This document shows positions 37,299 to 46,249 of a DNA stretch of 64,000 bases, one piece after another. The position numbers and the translations under genes were made by a program. The stretch lies in the NCBI GenBank assembly GCA_963767005.1, contig CAVYCN010000002.1, forward strand, positions 128,001 to 192,000, given 5' to 3'. A model generated the notes under the pieces. It was given only the letters and a program-made list of their open reading frames with translations, was not told the origin of the DNA and ran no database searches. Every line of letters starts with the position of its first letter. The stretch's first letter is position 1. Source of the stretch: an uncultured Actinomycetes bacterium. GTDB taxonomy: Bacteria; Actinomycetota; Thermoleophilia; UBA2241.

Positions 37299-38399
37299 AT
37301 GGCGAACGAGACCAAGCAGGTTCAGGACCTGTTCGTGCCCTGGCTCCTCACGGCGCCCGAGTACAACACGAGCATCCTCGACAAGGCCTGGGCGCAGCCT
37401 GAGATGGGCCGCATGATGCTGAACGAGAACCCGGTGCCGCCGTCCGAGAAGGTCGTCGAGGCGATCACCGAGATCGCCAAGAAGGGTAACCGCTACCCCG
37501 ACCGCATGTACCGGCTGCGCAGCAAGCTGGGCGCCCTGCACGGGGTCGCGGCCGAGAACATCGCCGTCGCCAACGGCTCGTCCGAGACGATCGACGCGAT
37601 GATGCGCATCTTCCTGAAGCCGGGCGACGAGTTCCTCTGCTCGATCCCGACCTTCGAGATGTTCCCCTCGCGGGCCGGCCTGTGCGGCGCCAGCACGGTC
37701 CAGGTGCCGCTCCGTGAGCCCGACCTGCAGTACGACGTGCCGGGCATGCTCGACGCCGTGAACGACAGGACCAAGCTCATCCTCATCATCAACCCGAACA
37801 ACCCGACGGGCATCTTCATCGACGACGCCGACCTCATCAAGTTCTGTGAGCTCGGCATCCCGCTCTGCATCGACGAGGCCTACCTCGACTACCACCCGCA
37901 GGTCGGCGCCAAGATCGATCTCGTCAAGAAGTATCCGCACGTGTTCCTGTCGCACACGTTCTCGAAGGCCTTCGGCCTGGCCGGCGTGCGCTTCGGCTAC
38001 GTCGTCGGCTCGCCCGACGTCATCGAGGCCTTCAACCTCATGTACCTGCCGTGGAACGTGAGCCTGCTGGCCCAGGCCGCCGCCGAGGTCATCCTCGACA
38101 CCGGCGAGGTCAAGGCGAAGGTCGTCTACAACAACGAGTGGATGGCCACCTTCGTCAAGGAGCTCGAAGCGGTCGGCTGCAAGCCGTTCGCGCCGCACGG
38201 CAACTACATGCTGATCGACGCCTCGGCGAGCGGCAAGACGAGCGCCGAGATCGTCCAGGCCGGCGCCGACATGGAAAAGCTCTTCCTCAAGACCATCAAG
38301 CCGATCAACGGCAAGGAAGGCTACTTCCGCATCACGCCCGGTACGCCCGAGGAGTGCGAGCGCTTCGTGCGCTTCGTGCGCAACTACTTCGGCAAGTAG
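37299..38399 (+). CDS. HisC-like fold-type I PLP enzyme (aminotransferase), divergent
   Basis: LNENP, NRYPD, NGSSE, NPNNPTG, IDEAY, HTFSKAFGLAGVRFG, RITPG. SD AAAGGA. Confidence 0.85.
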   Translation: MANETKQVQDLFVPWLLTAPEYNTSILDKAWAQPEMGRMMLNENPVPPSEKVVEAITEIAKKGNRYPDRMYRLRSKLGALHGVAAENIAVANGSSETIDAMMRIFLKPGDEFLCSIPTFEMFPSRAGLCGASTVQVPLREPDLQYDVPGMLDAVNDRTKLILIINPNNPTGIFIDDADLIKFCELGIPLCIDEAYLDYHPQVGAKIDLVKKYPHVFLSHTFSKAFGLAGVRFGYVVGSPDVIEAFNLMYLPWNVSLLAQAAAEVILDTGEVKAKVVYNNEWMATFVKELEAVGCKPFAPHGNYMLIDASASGKTSAEIVQAGADMEKLFLKTIKPINGKEGYFRITPGTPEECERFVRFVRNYFGK

Positions 38400-38440
38400 T
38401 GGGCAACGCGGACGAGAGCGTCCGTCGCCCGTAGGCAGGC

Positions 38441-38475
38441 CATGCCCTCCCCCCGTGGAGCGGGGGGAGGGCATG
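38441..38475. terminator. Strong hairpin between the PLP enzyme and tkt (a second hairpin lies at 38401-38430)
   Basis: CATGCCCTCCCCCCG-TGGAG-CGGGGGGAGGGCATG. Confidence 0.55.
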
Positions 38476-38516
38476 TGCGCAAGATGGGGACGACAAGGGA
38501 CAGCGAAAGGACACCC

Positions 38517-40556
38517 ATGAGCCCTGAGGCGAGCGCTTTGACCCTCGAAGAGCGGTGCGTCGACACCGTCCGGTTCCTCGCCGTCGACGGCGTGGAGAAG
38601 GCCAAGTCGGGCCATCCCGGCATGCCCATGGGGGCCGCGCCCGTGGCGCACACGCTCTTCACCCGCCACCTGCGCTTCGACCCGGCCGACCCGGCCTGGC
38701 CCGATCGCGACCGCTTCGTGCTGTCGGCCGGTCACGCCAGCATGCTGCTCTACGCGATGCTGCACCTGACCGGCTACGACCTGACGCTCGACGACCTGCG
38801 CGCCTTCAGGCAGTGGGGCAGCAAGACGCCGGGGCATCCCGAGTACGGCCACACGCCCGGCGTCGAGACCACGACCGGCCCTCTGGGCCAGGGTCTCGCC
38901 AACGCCGTCGGCATGGCCATGGCCGAGCGCTTTCTGGCCGCCACCTTCAACGGCGACGGCCCCGCCGTGGTCGATCACTTCACCTACGTGCTGGCCGGCG
39001 ACGGCTGCATGATGGAGGGGATCACGAGCGAGGCCGCCTCGCTCGGCGGTCACCAGAAGCTCGGCAAGCTGGTCGTCCTCTACGACGACAACCACGTGAC
39101 GATCGACGGCTCGACCGACCTCGCCTTCACCGAGGACGTCTGCGCCCGCTACGCCGCCTACGGCTGGCACGTGCAGAAGGTCGCCGACGGCACCGACCTG
39201 GACGCCGTCGACGCGGCCATCGCGGCGGCCAAGGCCGAGACCGACCGGCCCTCCATCATCGCCGTGCGCACCCACATCGGGTTCGGCTCGCCGCACAAGC
39301 AGGACAAGGCCGCTGCGCACGGCGCGCCGCTCGGCGCCGACGAGGTCAAGCTGACCAAGGAGGCCCGCGGCTGGCCGCTCGAGCCCACGTTCTTCGTGGC
39401 CGACGACGTCAGGGAGTTCTACGGTCAGGCCGCGCGACGCGGCGCGGCCGCGCATGCGGCGTGGCGCGAGCGTCACGCCGCCTGGAGCGCGGCCGACCCG
39501 ACCCGCGCCGCCGCCTGGTCGGCCGCCTGGAGCCGTGAGCTGCCGACCGGCTGGGACGCCGACCTGCCGGCCTACGCCGCCGGCGATGACCCGATCGCCA
39601 CGCGCTCGGTGTCGGGTAAGGTCATCAACGCCCTCGCGCCGCATCTGCCGACCCTGATCGGCGGCTCGGCCGACCTCGCGCCGTCCAACAACACGCTCAT
39701 CAAGGACGTGGCCGACCTGCAGGCCGCCACGCCGGCGGGGCGCAACCTGCACTTCGGCGTGCGCGAGCTCGCCATGGCGGCCATCGGCAACGGCCTGGCG
39801 GCCCACGGCGGCATCCGGCCCTACGTGGCGACGTTCTTCGTGTTCGTCGACTACATGCGGCCGGCCATGCGCCTGTCGGCGCTCATGGGCCTGCCCGTCA
39901 CGTACATCCTCACGCACGACAGCGTGGGCGTGGGCGAGGACGGCCCGACGCACCAGCCGATCGAGCACCTCGCCATGCTGCGCGCCACGCCGAACTTCAT
40001 CGACCTGCGTCCGGCCGACGCGGCCGAGACGGTCGAGGCCTGGCGGATCGCGATCGAAGAGGGATCGGCGCCGGTCGGCCTCATGCTGACGCGTCAGAAC
40101 CTGCCGGTGATCGACCGCGCGGTCTACGGTGCGGCCGGCGGCGTGCGGCGCGGCGCCTACGTGCTCGCCGACTCAGGCGTCGGCGCACCCGACGTCATCC
40201 TGCTGGCGAGCGGCAGCGAGGTGCATCTGGCCCTCGCCGCCTACGAGCGCCTGATCGCCGAGGGCGTGCGTGCCCGCGTCGTGAACCTGGCGTCGTTCCG
40301 CCTGTTCGAGCGTCAGGATGCCGCCTATCGCGAGTCCGTGCTGCCGGCGGCCTGCCGTTGCCGCCTGGCCGTCGAGGCCGCCGCGAGCTTCGGCTGGGAC
40401 CGCTGGGTGGGCGACGGCGGCGAGATCATCGCCATCGATCGCTTCGGCGCCTCGGCGCCGGCCGGCACCATCTTCGCCGAGCTCGGCTTCAGCGTCGACA
40501 ACGTCTATGAGCGCGCCAAGGCGCTCGTCGGCGCCGCGACCGCGCCGGTCGTCTAG
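38517..40556 (+). CDS. tkt: Transketolase
   Basis: [57 protein letters not shown]. Confidence 0.97.
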   Translation: MSPEASALTLEERCVDTVRFLAVDGVEKAKSGHPGMPMGAAPVAHTLFTRHLRFDPADPAWPDRDRFVLSAGHASMLLYAMLHLTGYDLTLDDLRAFRQWGSKTPGHPEYGHTPGVETTTGPLGQGLANAVGMAMAERFLAATFNGDGPAVVDHFTYVLAGDGCMMEGITSEAASLGGHQKLGKLVVLYDDNHVTIDGSTDLAFTEDVCARYAAYGWHVQKVADGTDLDAVDAAIAAAKAETDRPSIIAVRTHIGFGSPHKQDKAAAHGAPLGADEVKLTKEARGWPLEPTFFVADDVREFYGQAARRGAAAHAAWRERHAAWSAADPTRAAAWSAAWSRELPTGWDADLPAYAAGDDPIATRSVSGKVINALAPHLPTLIGGSADLAPSNNTLIKDVADLQAATPAGRNLHFGVRELAMAAIGNGLAAHGGIRPYVATFFVFVDYMRPAMRLSALMGLPVTYILTHDSVGVGEDGPTHQPIEHLAMLRATPNFIDLRPADAAETVEAWRIAIEEGSAPVGLMLTRQNLPVIDRAVYGAAGGVRRGAYVLADSGVGAPDVILLASGSEVHLALAAYERLIAEGVRARVVNLASFRLFERQDAAYRESVLPAACRCRLAVEAAASFGWDRWVGDGGEIIAIDRFGASAPAGTIFAELGFSVDNVYERAKALVGAATAPVV

Positions 40557-40572
40557 GCGGGACGAGACCACC

Positions 40573-40622
40573 CGGCGGCGGGACGGCGCGGCCCCGAACG
40601 GGGCCGCGCCGTCCCGCCGCCG
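40573..40622. terminator. Inverted repeat with 24-bp arms after tkt
   Basis: CGGCGGCGGGACGGCGCGGCCCCG-AA-CGGGGCCGCGCCGTCCCGCCGCCG. Confidence 0.65.
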
Positions 40623-40685
40623 CATCTCGAGACGTCCTGCCGGTCCCACTGTCCGGCCACTGCCCCCGGCGGGCATACTGGCGGC

Positions 40686-41153
40686 ATGTTCGGTTCCCGC
40701 ATGTTCCGGCGGCGCCAGGACGGCGTGGCCGTCAACGACGAGGAGATCGAGGGCTTGCGCGAGCTCTACCGCGGACTGGGCCCCGGCTTTCCACCGGCCG
40801 GGTCGCGGCTGTTCGACGACGAGGCCGGGACCGGCGGCAGCGAGTGGCATGTGAAGGTCTTCGGCCGGGTCGCCCGGTGCCTGCGGGCCGGCGATCTCAC
40901 GAGCACCGACCTGTTCGCCCTGCCGGGTAGCTGGGAGGTCATGCGGGCCGAGATCAGGGGGTTGCGGGCCGGACGCGACACGGTCACCGTGAGCGGCTTC
41001 CTGTACTGTCGACCGCGCGGTAGCTGGGAACACCTGCGCCTGCCGCTGCTGCACGTCTGGACGCTGCGCCTGGGCCGGGCGCTACGCTTCGAGAACCTCC
41101 TCGACGGCATCGAGCTGAGCCTCGCCGAGGGCGCGGCGAGCCGCGCCGCCTGA
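40686..41153 (+). CDS. NTF2/SnoaL-like fold protein
   Basis: C-terminal D.V.VSG...G....P.LHVWTLR.G....FE pattern typical of SnoaL_2-like proteins. Confidence 0.55.
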   Translation: MFGSRMFRRRQDGVAVNDEEIEGLRELYRGLGPGFPPAGSRLFDDEAGTGGSEWHVKVFGRVARCLRAGDLTSTDLFALPGSWEVMRAEIRGLRAGRDTVTVSGFLYCRPRGSWEHLRLPLLHVWTLRLGRALRFENLLDGIELSLAEGAASRAA

Positions 41154-41194
41154 CCCCGCGTCCCCTGACTCCGCGCCGCCTGACTCCGTAGCGC
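41150..41194 (-). repeat. Three degenerate 15-bp tandem units related to the 7921 array
   Basis: CTGACCCCGCGTCCC / CTGACTCCGCGCCGC / CTGACTCCGTAGCGC versus the reverse complement CTGACGCCGCGCCCC. Confidence 0.55.
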
Positions 41195-41231
41195 CGCTGG
41201 TGGCCCGGCGTCGGCTCATCCGACCGTCCGC

Positions 41232-41930
41232 CTACCAGCCGACCCGCCCGCCGTCGCGCGCGACCTTGTCGCGGCAGACGTGGCCGATGGCGTCGAGCAC
41301 TGTGCGCGCCACGAGGTGGCTGACCGGGGTCGCCGGGCCGGCGTAGGGCAGAGGGGTGCCGCGCCCGGTGCAGGCGACGACGACGGCGTCGGTCGACGTG
41401 CCGGTCGCCCGGTCGCCGTCCGGCGTGCGCACGTCCCACTCCGCGAGCACGGCCGTCTTCGCCTCGGTCGCCGTGATGACGGCGTTGACCATCGCCGCGT
41501 CGGTGAGGCGGCCGTCGACCAGCACGATCGCGTTGATGGTGCCGGGCGCGAGCGGCGCCGGAGGCGTGAGCCCCGCGCGCGCCGTGTTGCTGAGGCCGAC
41601 CGACACCACGCTCGCCACGGTGAGGTCGGCGGCGCGGGCGACGCTGAGGCGGGCTTGCTGCGTCGCCGCGGCCGTCATGAGGCCGACGAAGCCGTCGCCG
41701 ACGCCGAGACCCGCGGCAAAGGCAGCGAGCTCGGCCTGGGGCGACGAGTCGGGAGCGACATCGTCGACGTGCATGTTGACGACGTCGCACGTGCGGGCGA
41801 AGCCGCCGCATGCCAGGGCGGAGCTCAGCACGTACAGGGGCCGGTCGCTGCGTACGAGCACGGCGCGCTCGTCGACGGTCACGACGACGCCGGGGATGGT
41901 GGTGTCGAGCTGGTCGAGCGGGCGACTCAC
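41232..41930 (-). CDS. cbiZ: Adenosylcobinamide amidohydrolase
   Basis: LSSA..GG, GLMTAA, GLSN, PGTIN, NAVITATEAK, ATGTSTDAV. GTG start inferred at 41930. Confidence 0.85.
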   Translation of the reverse strand: MSRPLDQLDTTIPGVVVTVDERAVLVRSDRPLYVLSSALACGGFARTCDVVNMHVDDVAPDSSPQAELAAFAAGLGVGDGFVGLMTAAATQQARLSVARAADLTVASVVSVGLSNTARAGLTPPAPLAPGTINAIVLVDGRLTDAAMVNAVITATEAKTAVLAEWDVRTPDGDRATGTSTDAVVVACTGRGTPLPYAGPATPVSHLVARTVLDAIGHVCRDKVARDGGRVGW

Positions 41931-42061
41931 TGGTCGGCGACCTCGGTCGTATCGGCGACGGCAGGGGCGCGCGCCATCGTACCTCACGGGGCGGGCCGCC
42001 GTCGCCCGGCGGCCGCACCGCGGTTGACGGCGGCGCGCGGCCTGCACTAGCCTCCGCGTCC

Positions 42062-43012
42062 GTGATCCCGACGCCCGCCATCGCCGCGCTGACCGTGCTC
42101 CTCGCCGGCCTGCTCGACGTCGCCTGCGGCGAGCCGCCGAACGCGCGGCATCCCGTCGCCTGGCTGGGCCGGCTCGTCGCCCTGCTCGAACGACGCGCCC
42201 CGCGCGGACGGCCGCGCGCGGAGCTGGCCTACGGCGTGCTCGTGGTGGTGGTCGCCACGGCCGCGGCCGCAGCGGTCGGCCTGGGCCTCGCCTACGGGCT
42301 GGCGCGCCTGCCCTGGTGGCTCGCGCTGCCGGCCGGCGCCGTCGCGCTGAAGGTGAGCTTCTCGCTGCGCGGCCTCGTCGGCGCCGGCCGCGTCGTGCAG
42401 CGCGCCCTTGGGACCGACGACGACGCCGCACGCGCGGGCCTGCTCGCCCTCGTGAGCCGGTCGCGCGATCTCACGCCGCCGCAGGTCGCCTCGGCGGCGA
42501 TCGAGTCGCTCGCCGAGAACCTCTCGGACAGCGTCGTCGCGCCGCTGCTGTTCTACGTCGTGTTGGGGCTCCCCGGCGCCCTGGCCTACCGCGCCGTGAA
42601 CACGCTCGACGCGATGATCGGCTACCACGGCCGCTACGAGTATCTGGGCAAGGTGGCCGCGCGGCTCGACGACGTCGCCAACCTGGTACCGGCGCGGCTG
42701 ACGGGGCTCCTGATCGTGGCCTTCGCCGGCCTGCGCGGCAGAGGGCGGGCGGCGCTCGCCGCGCTGCGTGACGAGCGCCGCCTGTCGTCGAGTCCCAACA
42801 AGCTCTGGACGATCGCTCCCATGGCGGCCGCCCTGGGCGTGCGCCTGGAGAAGCCGGGTACGTACGCCGTCGGACCCGGCGACCGGCCGCCCACGGCGGA
42901 GACCATCGGCGCCGCGGCCGTGCTCGTGTGGGCGGGCGGCGCGGTGGCGCTGGCCGCCGCGGCGGCCGGCGCGGCGCTCGTCGTGGCCCTACTCGGCGGC
43001 GGGTTGTTCTAG
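42062..43012 (+). CDS. cbiB: Adenosylcobinamide-phosphate synthase
   Basis: GEPPNARHPVAWLG, LVSR, IESLAENLSDSVVAPLLF, YRAVNTLDAMIGY, ARLDDVANLVPARL, SPN. Confidence 0.93.
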   Translation: MIPTPAIAALTVLLAGLLDVACGEPPNARHPVAWLGRLVALLERRAPRGRPRAELAYGVLVVVVATAAAAAVGLGLAYGLARLPWWLALPAGAVALKVSFSLRGLVGAGRVVQRALGTDDDAARAGLLALVSRSRDLTPPQVASAAIESLAENLSDSVVAPLLFYVVLGLPGALAYRAVNTLDAMIGYHGRYEYLGKVAARLDDVANLVPARLTGLLIVAFAGLRGRGRAALAALRDERRLSSSPNKLWTIAPMAAALGVRLEKPGTYAVGPGDRPPTAETIGAAAVLVWAGGAVALAAAAAGAALVVALLGGGLF

Positions 43013-44328
43013 CTCACGAGCCGTTCGATGAGGTCGGCGCCGGCGACGTTGCCGGGATCGGCCCTGATCGCGGCGGCGATCGTCGCCATGCGCCGGCGCA
43101 ACGGCGTGTCGGCAAGCAGCCGCTCGACGGCGCCGACGAGCTCGTCCTCGGTCCAGTCGTAGGTCGCCAGGCGTGCGCCGTAGCCGGTCTCGGCGATGTG
43201 CTGGGCGTTGTCGTACTGGTCCCAGAAGAGCGGCAGGGCGATCATCGGCAGGCCAAAGTGGAAGCCCTCGCAGACCGTGTTGTTGCCGCCGTGGGTGATC
43301 AGCAGGTTGCAGTGCGGCAGCACCGACGGCTGCGGCAGGAACTCCTCGCCGTACATGCGAGGCCCGAGTTCCAGGCGCTCGTGCAGGGGGCCCATCGAGA
43401 CGACGACCCGGTGCGCGGTGGTGGCCAGGGCGTCGATCAGGCGCTGCATGAGGGCGAGGTCCATGCAGCCCAGCGAGCCGAGCGACAGGTAGATCACCTC
43501 ACCGTCGCCGGGCAGGCGCTCGTCGAGGTCGAAGGGGGCCTCGCCCGAGCGCACCGACGACTCGAGCCGGTGCCAGGTGGCGTCGAGTGGCCGCGCCCGC
43601 GAGTAGTCGACGGCGGCGGGGTACTCGTAGAGGTTGAGCCAGGGTGAGGCCGTGTTGAACTCGTCGGGCGGGCAGGCCGCGACGCCGACCGAGGCGCGGA
43701 ACTCGTTGTGCTCGCCCAGCAGGTCGCGGTGGACGCGGTGGTACTCGTCGCGGAAGGCGGCCCAGCCGCCGCGGTCGCAAAGCGGCAGGCCCGAGAGGGC
43801 CGGGGGCAGGTCGGGGTCGCGCATCTCCAGGGGATTGCACGACACGACCCGCACCCACGGCGCGCCGGCCAGCTCGATCGCGGGGTAGCCGGTGACGTTG
43901 TCGGTGACCACGACGTCGGGCCGCACGTCGTCCCAGATCGCCATCACCGTCTCGTGCGAGTGCTGCTCGCCGGCCACGAGCTCCTGCCAGATGGGCAGCG
44001 TGACCGTCTCGATCTGCTCGATCGTCGGTTTGCGAAACTCGGGCGCGGTGACACGGATGAACTCGCTCCAGGGGTCGGCGGCGTCGGTGGGAGCGGCCGC
44101 GCCGGCGGAGTCGGCCGCGGCGGCGGGGGAGTCGGCGGTCGGCGCCATGCGAAAGTGGCGCTCCTCGAAGCCGCGCGCGGCGAGCACGCCGGCGAACGAC
44201 TCGTCGACCACGAACACGATCCGATGCCCCCGGTCGCGCAGGACCCCGGCCATCGCGGCGCAGTTGTTGGTGGGCCCCCAGGCCCCCGGCTCGGGGAAGA
44301 ACGCGATCGTCTTGCCCGCCTCGCCCAC
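43009..44328 (-). CDS. GT1/UGT (MGT-like) glycosyltransferase
   Basis: FLPQ..VLP....LITHGGNNTVCEG...GLP.IALPLFWDQYDNA signature. SD AAGGAGG before GTG. Confidence 0.88.
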   Translation of the reverse strand: MGEAGKTIAFFPEPGAWGPTNNCAAMAGVLRDRGHRIVFVVDESFAGVLAARGFEERHFRMAPTADSPAAAADSAGAAAPTDAADPWSEFIRVTAPEFRKPTIEQIETVTLPIWQELVAGEQHSHETVMAIWDDVRPDVVVTDNVTGYPAIELAGAPWVRVVSCNPLEMRDPDLPPALSGLPLCDRGGWAAFRDEYHRVHRDLLGEHNEFRASVGVAACPPDEFNTASPWLNLYEYPAAVDYSRARPLDATWHRLESSVRSGEAPFDLDERLPGDGEVIYLSLGSLGCMDLALMQRLIDALATTAHRVVVSMGPLHERLELGPRMYGEEFLPQPSVLPHCNLLITHGGNNTVCEGFHFGLPMIALPLFWDQYDNAQHIAETGYGARLATYDWTEDELVGAVERLLADTPLRRRMATIAAAIRADPGNVAGADLIERLVS

Positions 44329-44430
44329 GGCGCCCTCCTTTTCAGATACGCTTCGTACCATCGTACGACAGGGTGACCGTCGCGTCAGGAGGGCAAGGAT
44401 CGACACCGCCCGCGACGCTCACGTGGCGTC

Positions 44431-44470
44431 CGACGACGTCGTGCTTGCCTGAGTGGCGAAGACGAAGTCG
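44431..44470 (+). repeat. Dispersed intergenic repeat (29-bp-period family), copy 2
   Basis: GACGACGTC (44432) and GACGAAGTC (44461) lie 29 bp apart. 29/40 ungapped identity to 46010-46049. Confidence 0.5.
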
Positions 44471-44543
44471 AAGGGCACCTGGTCGCCCTGCGTGACAGCG
44501 TGACGGGGCTCGACATGCGCCCCTGAAGGGAGGTTCGGACCCC

Positions 44544-46004
44544 ATGACCGACACAGGCAGCGCGCGCCCCGAGGGCGCCACGACGGGCACCCAGTCGGCC
44601 GTCTACTGGTTCGGCGGCGATCCTCGCTGGCAGGGCGGTCAGCTCCCGCCGCTGACGCAGACGCTGCGCGCCGACGTGTGCGTCGTCGGCGGCGGGTTCA
44701 GCGGTCTGTGGACCGCGTACTGGCTCAAGCGGCTCGCTCCCGCGGTCGAGGTCGTCCTGCTCGAGCGCGAGTTCTGCGGCGCGGGCGCCTCGGGCCGCAA
44801 CGGCGGCTGGGTCAACGGCTGGGAGGACTCGATCGGCAAGCTCGTGAGCCGCTTCGGCGAGCACGACGGCACGTGGCTGCTCGACGCGTCGGTGCAGGGC
44901 ACCGAGGCCATGCGCGAGGCCGTCGCGGCTGGCGGGATCGATTGCGACCTGACCTTCAACGGAGCCGTCACCATCGCCATGTCTCAGGCCCAGCTCGACG
45001 GCCTGCGCGACCTGCCGGAGGCGGCCGAGCGTGTCGGTCGTGGCGACCTGCTGCGGGCGCTCAGCGCCGACGAGGCGCGCGCGGCCTGCGGCTCGCCGCG
45101 CGCCATGGGCGGCGTGCTGCTCGCGCGGGCCGGCAGCGTGCAGCCGGCGCTGCTCGTGCAAGGGTTGCGCCGGCTCGCCCTCGAGGCCGGCGTCAAGGTC
45201 TTCGAGGCGACGCCGATGACGCGCCTCGAGCGTACGCTGCCGGCCGTCGTCGAGACGCCGGCGGGCAGCGTGGTGGCCGATCGCGTGGTCCTCACCTGCG
45301 GCCCCTGGATGGCCGCGGTGCGCGAGCTGCGTCGCACGCTCTTCGTCATCCCCTCGCACGTGGTCGCTTCGGCGCCCGACGCCGCGACGCTCGACGCCAT
45401 GGGCTGGCTCCACGGGCGTCCGTTCGCCGACGGGCGCACCGCGGTGCACTACGGGCAGCGCACCGGCGACGACCGGCTCGTGTTCGGTCGCGGCGGCGGC
45501 CGCTTGGGCTTCGGCGGCCATATCATCCCGGCGCACTTCCACGACCGCGCCGAGATCACCGAGATCACCGCCGACCTGTACGACGGGTTCCCGGACGCTC
45601 GCAGCCTGACGATCGAATGGGAGTGGGGAGGGCCGGTCGAGCGCACGCAGCACGGCACGCCCTGGGTCGGCACGCTCGGCCGGCACGGCAACATCCACTA
45701 CGGCACCGGCTTCTCCGGCAACGGCGTGTGCCCGACGCAGCTCATCGGTCGCACCCTGGCCTCGGTCGCGCTCGACCTGCGCGACGACTACGCGGCGTCG
45801 CCGCTCGTCAGCGAGCCGCCCTCGTACCTGCCGCCGGAGCCCGTCCGCTCGGTCGGCGCGCGGGCGGTGCGCGCGGCGATCAACCGCTGCGAGGAGCAGG
45901 CCGATCAGGGCCGCGAGGCCGACGCCGTCTCGCGCCTCGTGAGCCGCGGCCTCGACTTCTCGATGCCGCGGATCAAGCTGCCGTGGCCGGGAGGTCGCGA
46001 TTAG
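44544..46004 (+). CDS. FAD-dependent oxidoreductase, DAO/PuuB (gamma-glutamylputrescine oxidase-like) family
   Basis: VVGGGFSGLWTA, GASGRNGG, VQPA.L..GL, WGGP, GFSGNGV, PPEP.R. Confidence 0.85.
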   Translation: MTDTGSARPEGATTGTQSAVYWFGGDPRWQGGQLPPLTQTLRADVCVVGGGFSGLWTAYWLKRLAPAVEVVLLEREFCGAGASGRNGGWVNGWEDSIGKLVSRFGEHDGTWLLDASVQGTEAMREAVAAGGIDCDLTFNGAVTIAMSQAQLDGLRDLPEAAERVGRGDLLRALSADEARAACGSPRAMGGVLLARAGSVQPALLVQGLRRLALEAGVKVFEATPMTRLERTLPAVVETPAGSVVADRVVLTCGPWMAAVRELRRTLFVIPSHVVASAPDAATLDAMGWLHGRPFADGRTAVHYGQRTGDDRLVFGRGGGRLGFGGHIIPAHFHDRAEITEITADLYDGFPDARSLTIEWEWGGPVERTQHGTPWVGTLGRHGNIHYGTGFSGNGVCPTQLIGRTLASVALDLRDDYAASPLVSEPPSYLPPEPVRSVGARAVRAAINRCEEQADQGREADAVSRLVSRGLDFSMPRIKLPWPGGRD

Positions 46005-46077
46005 GCGCGCGACGAAGTCACGCCTGCCTGAGCGTCAGCGACGTAGTCTCCTGACGGGTCAGGCGCGCGACGAACTC
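46003..46077 (+). repeat. Dispersed intergenic repeat (29-bp-period family), copy 3
   Basis: Cores GACGAAGTC (46011), GACGTAGTC (46040) and GACGAACTC (46069). Confidence 0.6.
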
Positions 46078-46249
46078 GACCGTCGGCCCAGCTTCGCGGG
46101 TCGACAAGACGGCCAGATACGGGGGTCTCAGGCGGCCAGAGGGCAGCGACGCCGATGCTTGCAGTGACGTCGGCGTCTTGCCACACTCAAGACCAGGAAC
46201 AGCCAGGGCAGGCTCGCGCCTGCGTCCTTCCACACATCACGAGGTCGGC

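Noticed and set aside
37299-38399. PLP enzyme as CobD (threonine-phosphate decarboxylase) serving nearby CbiB
   Set aside because: It lacks the N-terminal HGG motif, looks HisC-like (NENP, TFSKAFGLAG), and is coupled to the aldolase gene rather than to cbiB. Not fully excluded.
41931-42061. Cobalamin riboswitch between cbiZ and cbiB
   Set aside because: The spacer is short and lacks the B12-box/GCCACTG consensus.
46003-46077. 29-bp periodic repeats as a CRISPR array
   Set aside because: The cores are only about 9 bp and degenerate, there are at most three units, the intervening sequence is shared between loci, and no cas genes are present.
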